Source: an uncultured delta proteobacterium (GTDB lineage Bacteria; Myxococcota_A; Polyangia; Fen-1088). From it: 64,000 bases of DNA. Positions 1 through 10,260 of the stretch are shown here, piece by piece. The stretch's first letter is position 1. The number at the start of each line of letters is the position of its first letter. The notes beneath the pieces are model-generated. The model did not search any database and was not told the DNA's origin. It saw only the letters and a list, made by a program, of their open reading frames with translations. The position numbers and the translations under genes are program-made. The stretch is from contig CAVWIP010000002.1 of NCBI GenBank assembly GCA_963755125.1, positions 128,001-192,000 of the forward strand, written 5' to 3'.

Positions 1-1
1 G

Positions 2-3000
2 CGCGAACTGAAGCCCGAGGCGCGCGAACGGCCGCGCCGGGTTCTGGCCAACGTCACCGACCTGGGCTTGTTGGCCAAGGTGGGCGACGCCTCGTCGCTG
101 CTCTGGGTGGTGCGGCTGTCCGATGGCCAGCCGGTGGCGGGCGCGACGGTGCGCATCCGCGATATCAAGGGCAGGGTGCGCTTCTCCGCCAGCAGCTCGG
201 CCGAAGGCACGGTGGTGGCGCCCGGCGTGGCCACACTGGTGCAGGCGGCGCCCAAGGCACCGCAGGGCGACGGCGACGACCACAACGAAGCGTACGAGGA
301 GTGGGACAGCCGCGGCGAGCGGCGCATGATCGTGACCGCGCAGACCGGAGACGATCTGGCGGTGCTCGATACCAACTGGTCGAGCGGCCTGCAGGTGTGG
401 AACTTCGGCGTCAGCGAGGAGCACGGCGGTGGCGCCGTGCGCGTGCGCGGCTTCTTGCAGTCGGATCGCGGCCTGTATCGGCCGGGCGACACGGTTCACC
501 TGCGCGGCTTGGTGCGCGCCATCGACCTGGCCGGCAAGATGCGCGTGCCCGCCAAGGCCAAGAAGGTGCACTTGCTGATCAAGGATCCGCGCGGCGCCAT
601 CCTGGTCGACGAAGACGTGGCCTCCAGCGCGTTCGGCGGCTTCCACCGCGATCTGACCCTGGATTCCGAGGCGCGCCTGGGCGACTACCGGGTGCAGGGC
701 GACGTGCTCGGGCAATCCTTCACCGACAAGTTCTCCGTTGAGGAATACCGACCGCGCACTTTCGAGGTCAAGCTGGACGCGGGCAAGAAGAACCTCTTCT
801 TCGGCCAGAAGATCTCATTCAAGGTGGAGGCTGATTATCTCTACGGCGCGCCCTTGCGTGGCGGCAAGCTGAAGTGGGACATCCGCCGCCGGGCTCATAC
901 GCCCAGCTTCCCTGAATTCGAACAGTACTCGTTTCAGGATCTGGTCACCCTGTGGGACGAGGGCGCGTACTGGTCGCGCAACGAGGAGCGCTCGTTCTCC
1001 TCGTTCGTGCAGGACGGCTCCATCGATCTGGACGACAAGGGCCAGGCGCGCGTTTCGGCTCGCGACGACGACAAGGATCTGGCCGGTCCACAGGACTACC
1101 TGATCGAGGCCACGGTGACCGACAGCCGCGGCGAGGCGGTGGGCGCGCGCCAGGCCCTGGTCATGCACCGATCGTCGCTTTACCTGGGCCTGCACACCGA
1201 GGAATTCGTGCAGAAGGCGGACGCGCCCTTTGCCATCCAGGCGGTTGCTCTCACGCCCGAGGGAAAACGCCGCGCGTCCCAGGGAGTGAAGCTCACCATC
1301 ACGCGTTCACGGTGGGACTGCACGGGCTTCGGTCACTGCGAGCGCAAGGTCGAATCCCCGGTGGTGACCCGCACCATCGACGTTCCCGAAACCGGAGCCG
1401 CGGTCGAGCGCGTGGAATTGCACCAGCCCGGCTCGTACGAGGTGAAGCTGCAGGCGGGCGACGGTCGCGGCGGCCAGGCCATCGCGTCCGACAGCATCTA
1501 CGTAGTGGGCAAGGGCGAGGCCTTCTGGAGCGGCGACGAGGGCGCGCGCATGACCCTGGTTGCGTCGCGGCCCAAGTACAAGAGCGGCGATACCGCCAAG
1601 CTGGTGGCCCAGGCCAACCTGCCGGGCGCGCTGGCTCTCATCACGCTGGAGCGCGATGGGGTGATGCGATATCAGGTCAAGCGGATGGAAACCAGCGGCG
1701 AGGCCATCGAGATCCCGGTGGAGGCGCGCTTCGCCCCCAACGTGTACGCGGCGGTCACGCTGGTGCGCGGCCGCACCGGCGAGGGCGAGAAAGGCAAGCC
1801 GCAGTTCAAGATGGGCATGGTGAACCTGGAGGTCGACAGCAGCGATCGCCGGCTGGCGGTTACGGTGGAGACCGACCGGCCGAGCTACCGGCCGGGCGAC
1901 ATGGTCAGCGCCACGGTCAAGGTTCGCAACGCCCAGGGCGCGCCGGTGAAGGCCGAGCTGGCGCTGGCGGCAGCCGACGAGGGCGTGCTGCAGATCGCGG
2001 GCTACAAGACCCCTGATCCCTTGCCCACGTTCTATCGAGCCTGGGGCCTGGGCGTGAACTCGTCCACCACCTGGAACCGCATCGCAACCACGCACGATCC
2101 GTCGCGCAGCAACGACGAGGAAGAAGAAGGCGAGGGCGGCGACGCCGGCGGGGAAGAGGCCGGGCGCATCCGCTCGCGCTTCATGGCCACGGCCTACTGG
2201 AACCCGGCCCTGGTCACCGCGGCCGACGGCACCGCGCACGTGACATTCACGGCGCCCGACAATCTGACCGCCTTCCGCGTGATGGCAGTAGCGGCCGACA
2301 GCGGCGAGCGTTTCGGCTCGGGCGAGAAGCGATTCGCGGTCAACAAGCTGTTGCAGGCCATGCCCGCGCTGCCGCGCTTCCTCACCATGGGTGATGCGCT
2401 CAATGCCACGGTGGTCGTGCACAACAACACCAAGGAGCCGGCCAAGGTCACAGTCAGCGCTGTGGCCACCGGCGGCGTGCGTTTTTCGGGCGAAACCTCA
2501 CAGGTCATCGACGTTCCCGCGAACGGAGCGGCGCCCGCGGTGTTCCCCGCCGTGGCCGAGGCGGAGGGCGAGGCCAGCTTCACCTTCCAGGCGCGGGGCG
2601 GCGGCGAAGCGGACGCGGTGCTGACCAAGTTGCCGGTCGAGCGGCCCAGCACAACGGAAACCACGCTGGTGGGCGAAGGCTCGACCGCCAAGCGCGCCGA
2701 GCACGCCTTGCCCAAGGTTGCGGGCGTGCTGCCTGGTCGCGGTCGCCTGGAGGTGGTGTTGGATACCACCGGGCTGTCGCGCCTCGATGAGGGACTCTCC
2801 TATCTGGTCGGGTACCCGTACGGCTGCCTGGAACAAACCACGTCCAAGGTGGTGCCCATGGTGGCGGTCGGCGATCTGGCGGCTTCGCTGGATCTGCCGG
2901 AAGTGAACCAGGCTACGCTCAAGCGCTTCGTGACCACCGGGATCGCCAAGATCCTGCGCCACCAGCACGAGGACGGCGGGTTCGGCCTGTGGATCGGCGC

Positions 3001-4267
3001 GCCCACCGAGGAGCACTACACGGCCTTTGGCTTGTGGGGGCTGGCGGTGGCCCGGCGTTCGGGCTGGGACGTGGACCGGGCCGCGCTGGACAAGGGCGCG
3101 CGCTGGCTGCGCAAGTCGCTGGCGCAGTCGAAGGACCAGGACGGCTATCATTATATGGGTGTGGCGGGCGCGCAGGCCTTTGCCCTGTACGTGCTGGCCG
3201 AGCTGGCGGCCGACAAGATCGGGCCGGGCCCTGACGCGGCCCTGCGGGACAAGCTGCTCCGTGAGCGCAGCAAGCTGCCGCGCTACGGGCGCGCTTTCTT
3301 GGCCCGTGCGCTGGCGCGCACGGACGTCAAGGACGTGGCCAAGATGGTCCTCGACGAGATTCTGGCCGAGGCAGGCGCGGGCAAGGGTCCGCTGGTGATC
3401 GGCGAAGGCCACGACACCGATCTGTCGTGGTACTGGAGCTCGGACACGCGCACTTCGGCCATCGTGCTGGGCGCGCTCATCGCACTCGATCCCAAGCACC
3501 CGGCGGTGGAACGACTGGCCGACGGCCTGCTGGCCGCGCGCAACCAGGGGCGCTGGGAGAACACGCAGGAGAATTTGTATTCGCTGGTGGCGCTGGCCGA
3601 TCTGGCGCGGGTGCGCGCGGCCAGCGGCGGCGCCAAGATCACGGTCACCGCCGGGGGCAGGTCGCTCTTCGCGGGCGCGCTCAAGGGCGCCGAGGTGAAG
3701 CGGCTGGCGGTTCCCAATGACGGGCGGGGCGCGGGCAGTCTGGTCATCGAGACCGACGGGGCTCCGGTGTACTACCTGGCGCGCCTGCACAGCGTGCGCG
3801 TCCTGGATCCCAGTGCCCGGCAGGCGGGGATGACGGTGGTGCGCGAGTATCTCGACGGTGAGAGCGGACGCCCTCTCGGCCAGGCCAAGGTCGGCCAACT
3901 GGTGAAGGTGCGGCTCAAGATCCAGTCGCAGTCGTCGCGCTCGCACGTGGCGGTGGTGGATCGCTTGCCCGCTGGCCTGGAGCCGGTGCTGGATCGGTTC
4001 AAGCCCAAGGACCAGGAAGAGGACGACGAGGGGCGCATTCATTGGTGGTGGATGGCCCGCGAGACGCGCTGGCAGAACCAGCAGCTTCACGACGATCGCG
4101 TGGAACTCTTTGCCGACGTGCTGGTGGCTGGTGAGACTACGCACGAGTACCTGACCCGCGCCATGAGTGCCGGCACCTTCACCGTGCCGGGCACGCTGGC
4201 CGAGATGATGTACAAGCCGACCGTGAATGGCCGCAGCGCCGGTGGCACGCTTCAGGTGGTTCGCTAG
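2..4267 (+). CDS. Bacterial alpha-2-macroglobulin family protein, 5'-truncated by the window edge
   Basis: Frame is open from base 2. MG2-type motif SDRGLYRPGDTV, F.VEEY, acidic bait-like segment, RSRF..TAYWNP, PDNLTAFRV, and thioester motif YPYGCLEQ. Followed by pbpC as is typical. Confidence 0.95.
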   Translation, partial: RELKPEARERPRRVLANVTDLGLLAKVGDASSLLWVVRLSDGQPVAGATVRIRDIKGRVRFSASSSAEGTVVAPGVATLVQAAPKAPQGDGDDHNEAYEEWDSRGERRMIVTAQTGDDLAVLDTNWSSGLQVWNFGVSEEHGGGAVRVRGFLQSDRGLYRPGDTVHLRGLVRAIDLAGKMRVPAKAKKVHLLIKDPRGAILVDEDVASSAFGGFHRDLTLDSEARLGDYRVQGDVLGQSFTDKFSVEEYRPRTFEVKLDAGKKNLFFGQKISFKVEADYLYGAPLRGGKLKWDIRRRAHTPSFPEFEQYSFQDLVTLWDEGAYWSRNEERSFSSFVQDGSIDLDDKGQARVSARDDDKDLAGPQDYLIEATVTDSRGEAVGARQALVMHRSSLYLGLHTEEFVQKADAPFAIQAVALTPEGKRRASQGVKLTITRSRWDCTGFGHCERKVESPVVTRTIDVPETGAAVERVELHQPGSYEVKLQAGDGRGGQAIASDSIYVVGKGEAFWSGDEGARMTLVASRPKYKSGDTAKLVAQANLPGALALITLERDGVMRYQVKRMETSGEAIEIPVEARFAPNVYAAVTLVRGRTGEGEKGKPQFKMGMVNLEVDSSDRRLAVTVETDRPSYRPGDMVSATVKVRNAQGAPVKAELALAAADEGVLQIAGYKTPDPLPTFYRAWGLGVNSSTTWNRIATTHDPSRSNDEEEEGEGGDAGGEEAGRIRSRFMATAYWNPALVTAADGTAHVTFTAPDNLTAFRVMAVAADSGERFGSGEKRFAVNKLLQAMPALPRFLTMGDALNATVVVHNNTKEPAKVTVSAVATGGVRFSGETSQVIDVPANGAAPAVFPAVAEAEGEASFTFQARGGGEADAVLTKLPVERPSTTETTLVGEGSTAKRAEHALPKVAGVLPGRGRLEVVLDTTGLSRLDEGLSYLVGYPYGCLEQTTSKVVPMVAVGDLAASLDLPEVNQATLKRFVTTGIAKILRHQHEDGGFGLWIGAPTEEHYTAFGLWGLAVARRSGWDVDRAALDKGARWLRKSLAQSKDQDGYHYMGVAGAQAFALYVLAELAADKIGPGPDAALRDKLLRERSKLPRYGRAFLARALARTDVKDVAKMVLDEILAEAGAGKGPLVIGEGHDTDLSWYWSSDTRTSAIVLGALIALDPKHPAVERLADGLLAARNQGRWENTQENLYSLVALADLARVRAASGGAKITVTAGGRSLFAGALKGAEVKRLAVPNDGRGAGSLVIETDGAPVYYLARLHSVRVLDPSARQAGMTVVREYLDGESGRPLGQAKVGQLVKVRLKIQSQSSRSHVAVVDRLPAGLEPVLDRFKPKDQEEDDEGRIHWWWMARETRWQNQQLHDDRVELFADVLVAGETTHEYLTRAMSAGTFTVPGTLAEMMYKPTVNGRSAGGTLQVVR

Positions 4268-6212
4268 GTTCGTAATCCCGCCGGGCGCTGTCGCAGTTGC
4301 GGCCGGCCTCGCGTTCCTGGCGGCGGTGTATCTGGTCGACTATCCGGCGAATAGGCTGGCGCCCGAGGCCGCGGCTTCGCTGGAACTTCTCGATCGCAAC
4401 GGCAACCGGCTGCATTCCCTGCCGGTGCGCGGCGGCGGACGGGCTACCTGGATCGGGCTGGGCCAGGTGGCGCCGTCGGTGATCCTGGCCACCCTGGCTT
4501 CCGAGGATCACCGCTTCTTCGAGCATCACGGCGTGGACGCGCGCGCGGTGCTGCGGGCGTTGTGGCTCGACTTGCGCGGGGGCCGGGCGCGATCGGGCGC
4601 CTCCACCTTGACCATGCAGCTCGTGCGCATGGTCGAGCCGCGGCCTCGCGGCCTGGCCAACAAGCTGCGCGAGGCGGTTCTGGCCCTGCGCCTGGAACGC
4701 GCGCTCGACAAGCAGCAGATTCTCGAACAGTACTTGAACCGCGCCTATTACGGCAACGGCGCCTTTGGCATCGAGCAGGCCGCGCGCTACTATTTCGGCA
4801 AGCCGGCCTCCGCGCTGGGGCTGGCCGAGGGCGCTCTGCTGGCGATCCTGCCGCGTGCGCCAACTGCCTACGATCCAAAACGCCACCTGCCAGCGGCGCT
4901 GGCCCGGCGGGCACATGTGCTGGATCTGCTGGCGCAGCGCGGGCTGGTCACCCGTGAGGATCGGCAGCATGCCGAGGCCACGGCCCTGGCCTTCACCTTC
5001 AGCGCGCCTGACCCGGGACTGGCGCCACACTTTTGCGACTGGGTGCTGGCCGGGCTCACTCCTGCGCAACGGGCGCATGGCGGTCCGCTGCGGACCACGT
5101 TGGATCTGGATGTGCAGCGCGATCTGGAGCGCGCGGTGTGGGCGCATGTCGACGAGCGGCGCGCTCTGGGCCTGCGCGAGGCAGGCGCCGTCATGCTGGA
5201 ACCTGCAACGGGCGCCGTGCTGGCCATGGTGGGCTCACCCGAATACGGCGGGCCGGCGGGCCAGCTCAACATCACCACCACGCCCCGCCATCCCGGCTCC
5301 GCGCTCAAGCCTTTTCTCTATGCTCTGGCCAGCGAGCGCGGCGACACGCCCGCGACAATCGCGTTTGACGTCGCCGACGTCGAGTCAGAGTGGCACCCGG
5401 GGCGCGAGGTGCGGGAGCACGGGCCGGCTCGCTATCGCGAGGCACTCGCCGGCTCGTACAACCTGGCCGCGGTTCACGTGCTGGAGCACGTAGGCGTGGA
5501 GAATTTGCTCGACCGCTTGCGCGCGGCCGGGCTGGGCCCGCTGGCCGGAACCGCCGCTGACTACCGGCTGGGCCTGGCCCTGGGTTCGGCCAAGGTGCGC
5601 CTTGTGGATCTCGCCGCGGCCTATGGCTTTCTGGTGAATCGCGGAATGGTGGAGCGCGCCCACGGCGTGGGCTCGCCGGCCGCTCCAGTGCGGCTTTTCG
5701 ACGAGAAAGTGAGCTGGCTGGTGATGGACATGCTGGCCGATGCGGACGCTCGTCGACAGGTGTTCGGAGCCGAGTTGCCGGTGGACTTGCCGTTTCCCGT
5801 GGCCATCAAGACTGGGACATCCGGCGGCTTCGCCGACGCCGTGGCAGTGGGCGCCACCCGCGAGGTCATTGTGGCGGCCTGGGCCGGCAGCTTCGATGGC
5901 ACGGGCACGCGCGGCTCGCTGGCCATGTGGAGCGCGGCGCCCCTGGTGCGCGCGGGTCTGCTCGCCATGGCCAGTCGCCGTCCGTTGACCCTGCCGCCGC
6001 GACCTGACGGCATTGTCACACGTGAAGTGTGCCGACTGTCCGGCATGCGCCCCGGCCCGCACTGTGCCACCAAGTCCGAGTTCTTCGTGGCCGGCAGAGA
6101 GCCTACCGAGACCTGCACGTGGCACCGCCTGCGCAATGGCCGTGTCACAGTCGAATTTCCGTCGGAGCTGGCCGCGTGGGCTGCGCGAAGTGGGCAGACG
6201 GGAGCAAGGTGA
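4227..6212 (+). CDS. pbpC: Penicillin-binding protein 1C (transglycosylase/transpeptidase)
   Basis: GT51 motifs EDHRFFEHHGVD, GASTLTMQL, YLNRAYYG; transpeptidase SxxK (GSALKP), SxN (SYN), KTG. Immediately follows the A2M gene. Start codon uncertain. Confidence 0.9.
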   Translation: MAAAPVARFRWFARFVIPPGAVAVAAGLAFLAAVYLVDYPANRLAPEAAASLELLDRNGNRLHSLPVRGGGRATWIGLGQVAPSVILATLASEDHRFFEHHGVDARAVLRALWLDLRGGRARSGASTLTMQLVRMVEPRPRGLANKLREAVLALRLERALDKQQILEQYLNRAYYGNGAFGIEQAARYYFGKPASALGLAEGALLAILPRAPTAYDPKRHLPAALARRAHVLDLLAQRGLVTREDRQHAEATALAFTFSAPDPGLAPHFCDWVLAGLTPAQRAHGGPLRTTLDLDVQRDLERAVWAHVDERRALGLREAGAVMLEPATGAVLAMVGSPEYGGPAGQLNITTTPRHPGSALKPFLYALASERGDTPATIAFDVADVESEWHPGREVREHGPARYREALAGSYNLAAVHVLEHVGVENLLDRLRAAGLGPLAGTAADYRLGLALGSAKVRLVDLAAAYGFLVNRGMVERAHGVGSPAAPVRLFDEKVSWLVMDMLADADARRQVFGAELPVDLPFPVAIKTGTSGGFADAVAVGATREVIVAAWAGSFDGTGTRGSLAMWSAAPLVRAGLLAMASRRPLTLPPRPDGIVTREVCRLSGMRPGPHCATKSEFFVAGREPTETCTWHRLRNGRVTVEFPSELAAWAARSGQTGAR

Positions 6213-6373
6213 GCGACATTTCGGCCTTTGCCAATTTGTGCGTGTTGAGATAGTTTCGGTTTCGGGCGCCACTTGCACATCTTGCGCGCCTGTTGCTTGG
6301 GCCGATAGTCGCCGGAACCCACTGGCGGCTTGGCTCAATCGAATAGATCAACCAGCGAGAGAAAGGGACGGAA

Positions 6374-7147
6374 ATGGAGAAGCGCAACGCGATCAATGCC
6401 TGGTATGGATGGGTTCCGGATCGACCGGATCACCGCGACCAACTCTATTCGGCCATCGCGGCGCCGCCGCGCAAGTTGCCGCCAGCAGTGGATCTGCGCG
6501 CGACCTGTTCCCCGGTCGAGAACCAGGGACAATTGGGCAGTTGCACGGCCAACGCGCTGGTGGGCAACCTGGAATTTCTCGAGAAGAAGGCGGGCAAGCC
6601 GGCAACGGATCTGAGCCGCCTGTTCATCTATTACAACGAGCGGGCACTGGAAGGAACGGTCAATGAGGACGCCGGCGCCATGATCCGCGACGGCGTCAAG
6701 ACGCTGGTCAAGCAAGGCGTGTGCACCGAGAAGAAGTGGGGCTACGACATTGCCAAGTTCGCGGTGAAGCCCACCGCCGCCTGCTACCAGCAGGCGCTCA
6801 CTCACCAGCTACAATCCTATCATCGCATCCTGACGCTGCAGGATATGCGGGCGTGCCTGGCCGAGGGCTATCCTTTCGTCTTTGGCTTCACGGTCTATTC
6901 GGCCTTCGAGTCGGCGAGCGTGGCCAATACCGGTCAGGTCAACCTGCCCAAATCCAGCGAGAAGTCGCTGGGCGGACACGCGGTCATGGCGGTGGGTTAT
7001 GACGACGCCAGCAAGCGTTTTCTGGTGCGCAATTCCTGGGGCAAGGACTGGGGACTGCAGGGCTACTTCACCATGCCGTACGGTTATCTCGACGACCGCA
7101 ACCTCGCGGACGATTTCTGGACCCTGCGCGTGCTCGAAAACCCGTAG
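6374..7147 (+). CDS. C1 (papain-like) cysteine peptidase, xylellain-like
   Basis: NQGQLGSC (oxyanion Q and catalytic C), GGHAV (H), RNSWG (N). N-terminal YGWVPDRPDHRD; no signal peptide. Confidence 0.92.
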   Translation: MEKRNAINAWYGWVPDRPDHRDQLYSAIAAPPRKLPPAVDLRATCSPVENQGQLGSCTANALVGNLEFLEKKAGKPATDLSRLFIYYNERALEGTVNEDAGAMIRDGVKTLVKQGVCTEKKWGYDIAKFAVKPTAACYQQALTHQLQSYHRILTLQDMRACLAEGYPFVFGFTVYSAFESASVANTGQVNLPKSSEKSLGGHAVMAVGYDDASKRFLVRNSWGKDWGLQGYFTMPYGYLDDRNLADDFWTLRVLENP

Positions 7148-7148
7148 G

Positions 7149-8198
7149 TTAACCCAGATAGGGATAGTCAGCACTGACGAGGCGCGCGTCTTTCATGGCG
7201 ACCCAAAAGGCAGCCGGAATATCCGCATTCGCCAGATCCCGGTTGCGTTGCACTTGCTCGGGACGGCTGGTGTTGAGCGCGACTGCGGCGACCCCTGGCG
7301 GGGACATGGCAAAGCTCAGGCAAGCAGCGGCCGGCAGGACGTCGTGTTTCCGGCAGAGCGCGTGGAATCTTTCCCGCCAGGCAAACAGCGGCTTGTCTGC
7401 TGGATCGTCCTGGCGCACTTCGCGGTAGTCGAAGAACTTTCCGCCGGTAAGAAAGCCCGCGTGAAAGACCGCGGAATTGATGATGCCAATGCCACGCTCG
7501 CGCAGCGACGCGACCAGCGCGACCACTTCGGGCGGGTGGTGAAACACCGTCAGAGAACACGCCAGCATGACCCAGTCCAGATTCGCGACCTCAGCCAACT
7601 CGCGCACCACACGCCAGTCCTTGGCGCCCACGCCAATGGGTCCGACTTGCCCCTGCTTCTTCAGTTCGTGCAGGGCTCGGTAGGCACCCAGCACGTCCTG
7701 CAGGACGTGCCGGCGTTCGGCCGGACCTGTCGCGGAATTGAGGAATTCATCGGGATCGTGCACGGAAACCAGGCGCGGCCGATAGGGCGCGCCCAAAAGA
7801 TCGCAGCCCTGGCCCCAGCAGCGGAGAATGCCTTGGTAGCTGATGGCCTGTTCGGCGTCGTGTTCGAGACCAAACCAGACCCCTCGCTCGAAGGTCGGCT
7901 CGGGACCGCGCAGAGGCGTGCGCACCCAGGCCAGCTTATTGCTGATAATGACCTTGTCGGGTGGAACACCAAGAGTGCGCAATCCGTTGCCGATTACTTC
8001 CAGCGCCAGCCCCGCGCCGTACTTGCCTGCAGAATCGAGCACCACGGACCCATCCGTGCCGTTGACCATCTCGCGGAGGATGGCCAGCTTGGTCTCGGCC
8101 GAATAGGCTTGGTAGAGATTTCCCAGCGCGCTTGTGCCGAAAACAATCGGAGGAATCTCCAGTCCGGTCTTTCCCAGTTCACGCATCCTTGCTGTCAT
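7149..8198 (-). CDS. Aldo/keto reductase (sugar dehydrogenase-like)
   Basis: Starts MTARMRELGKTGLEIPPIVFGTSALGNLY; DSAGKYGAG, ISNK, VHDPDE. Start reassigned from the longer ORF to ATG 8198. Confidence 0.85.
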   Translation of the reverse strand: MTARMRELGKTGLEIPPIVFGTSALGNLYQAYSAETKLAILREMVNGTDGSVVLDSAGKYGAGLALEVIGNGLRTLGVPPDKVIISNKLAWVRTPLRGPEPTFERGVWFGLEHDAEQAISYQGILRCWGQGCDLLGAPYRPRLVSVHDPDEFLNSATGPAERRHVLQDVLGAYRALHELKKQGQVGPIGVGAKDWRVVRELAEVANLDWVMLACSLTVFHHPPEVVALVASLRERGIGIINSAVFHAGFLTGGKFFDYREVRQDDPADKPLFAWRERFHALCRKHDVLPAAACLSFAMSPPGVAAVALNTSRPEQVQRNRDLANADIPAAFWVAMKDARLVSADYPYLG

Positions 8199-8345
8199 GA
8201 CAGAAGCCTCTTGCTGCCGGTCCTTGTCCAGTTCATTGAGCCGATGCTTGACAATGTGGGACAATACACCAAATTCGCCAAGCGAGTCGAATCGTCTCTT
8301 TCCTGCTAGGCACAGTGGAAAACAAGGAGTTATACTGCCCTCACA

Positions 8346-8705
8346 ATGTCCAATATCACTCCTGAAGTGGAAGCCCTGGTTCGCAATTTTGCTGGCCGTT
8401 TGATTGCTGCCATCGAGGCAGACGTTACCCGCCGACTGCAAGCAGTGCTGGCGTCTGCACTCGGCACGCCCGCCCCGTCCGCGGCAGCGCCGCGCGAGTC
8501 GATGGGCAAGTCGTCGCCTGTCGCCCGCCCGGTACGTCGTGCGAAGAAGGTGAGTCGGGCACTGGTCCAGGCCCGCAAGCTCCAGGGCCGGTATCTCGGC
8601 GCCCTGCGCGGCTTGAAGCCGGCCGACCGCGCGCGCGTGAAAGCAGCGGCTCATGAGAAGGGCCTGCTTACGGCGATCGAGCTGGCCCATTCCATCAAGC
8701 GCTGA
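8346..8705 (+). CDS. Small basic hypothetical protein (119 aa)
   Basis: ATG with an AAGGAG ~16 nt upstream; helical N-terminus, Ala/Pro linker, Lys/Arg-rich C-terminal domain. Confidence 0.7.
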   Translation: MSNITPEVEALVRNFAGRLIAAIEADVTRRLQAVLASALGTPAPSAAAPRESMGKSSPVARPVRRAKKVSRALVQARKLQGRYLGALRGLKPADRARVKAAAHEKGLLTAIELAHSIKR

Positions 8706-8836
8706 GGCGGGGGCTATTTCCCAGGGGCCTTGCGCCTGGGCGCAGGGTTTGTTCGGTCACGCCCACGACGTTATGCGGCGCTCGCGGGATTGTGGTGTGG
8801 TTGCCGTTCGCGTGGCCGACCTGCTATGACCTCGGC

Positions 8837-9124
8837 ATGTGCCTGGGCATACCCGGCAAGGTGATCGGCATCGACGGCCTGGAAGCCACGGTCGACTTCT
8901 TCGGCGTGCGACGACAGGTGCGCCTCGACGTGGTGGACGAGCCGGTGGCGCCCGGCGACTACGTGCTCAACCACGTGGGCTTCGCCATCCGCCGCATCCC
9001 CGAGTCCGAGGTGGACGAGACACTCAAGCTGTTCGCCGAGCTGGCTGCGGCCGGGGACGATCAGGATCTGCTGGCGGCGGACCTGCGCGCCGAACTGGCG
9101 GCCACCCGGGAGAGCAAGAAGTGA
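8837..9124 (+). CDS. hypC: [NiFe]-hydrogenase maturation chaperone HypC
   Basis: N-terminal MCLGIPGKV; GDYVLNHVGFAI. Confidence 0.95.
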   Translation: MCLGIPGKVIGIDGLEATVDFFGVRRQVRLDVVDEPVAPGDYVLNHVGFAIRRIPESEVDETLKLFAELAAAGDDQDLLAADLRAELAATRESKK

Positions 9125-10260
9125 CGGTCGCGCCCGACGGGGTGGCTGAGCTCAAGTTCCGCGATCCGGGTCGTGCGCGTGAGTTGACCACGGCGCTGGC
9201 GCGCCTGGTCCAGTCGCTCGGTCGTGCGCCGGTGATACTCATGCACGTGTGCGGCACCCACGAGCAGGCCATCGCGCGCTTTGGCCTGCGTTCGACCCTG
9301 CCGCCCGCGCTGCGTGTGATCATGGGCCCTGGCTGCCCGGTGTGTGTCACCGACCTTGGCGAGGTGGACGAGGGCGTGGCCCTGGCTCTGCAGGGCGTGC
9401 GCATTGCCACCTACGGCGACATGCTGAAGCTGCCGGGCAGTTCAAAGTCGCTGGCCGACGCGCAGGCCGAGGGCGCCCGGGTCGAGGTGGTGTACAGTGC
9501 GACCCAGGCGGTGGACCTGGCGCGCGCGAGCAACGGGCCGGTCGTGTTTTTTGCATCGGGCTTCGAGACCACGGCCGTGATCACGGCTGCAATCCTGCTG
9601 GCCAAGCCGCCCGCGAATTTTTCCGTGCTGTCGGCGCACAAGTACGTTCCCCCGGCCATGGAGGCCGTGGCTTGCTTGCCCGAGGCGCGGGTCGAGGGCT
9701 TCCTGGCCGCGGGCCACGCGGCTGTGATCACCGGCTATGGCCTGTTTGAGGACTTTGCCCGCCGCCATCGCACGCCCGTTGTGGTGGCAGGCTTCGAGCC
9801 GCTCGACATCCTGGCTGCGTTGGTCAAGCTGCTGGAAATGATCCGCGATCGCGAGTTTAGCGCGGCCAACGCCTACCCGCGCTGCGTGACCCGCGAGGGT
9901 AACCGGCACGCGCAGGAGTCACTGTGGCGCGTGTTCGAGGCGGCCGACGGTCCCTGGCGTGGCATCGGCGTGATCCCCAATGGCAACTTGCAATTGCGCG
10001 AAGAGTGGGCTGTCTGGGATGCTCGGCGCCGTTTTCGCATCGACGTCTCGGGCCTGCAGCAGGCGGGGCAGTCGGAACTGTCGCGGCGCTGTCTGTGCGG
10101 CAAGATCATGGTCGGGCTGGTCGAGCCAACGGATTGCCCGCTTTTCGGCCGGGAGTGTTTGCCGGATTCGCCGGTGGGCGCGTGCATGGTATCCAGCGAA
10201 GGCACGTGCAAGATCTGGCATCGATACGGAGGACGCCCGCACCTGGGCGGCACGCCATGA
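9121..10260 (+). CDS. hypD: Hydrogenase maturation protein HypD
   Basis: VCGTHE, GPGCPVCV, GFETT, AGFEP, C-terminal PVGACMVSSEGTC. GTG start overlaps the hypC stop. Confidence 0.95.
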   Translation: MTVAPDGVAELKFRDPGRARELTTALARLVQSLGRAPVILMHVCGTHEQAIARFGLRSTLPPALRVIMGPGCPVCVTDLGEVDEGVALALQGVRIATYGDMLKLPGSSKSLADAQAEGARVEVVYSATQAVDLARASNGPVVFFASGFETTAVITAAILLAKPPANFSVLSAHKYVPPAMEAVACLPEARVEGFLAAGHAAVITGYGLFEDFARRHRTPVVVAGFEPLDILAALVKLLEMIRDREFSAANAYPRCVTREGNRHAQESLWRVFEAADGPWRGIGVIPNGNLQLREEWAVWDARRRFRIDVSGLQQAGQSELSRRCLCGKIMVGLVEPTDCPLFGRECLPDSPVGACMVSSEGTCKIWHRYGGRPHLGGTP

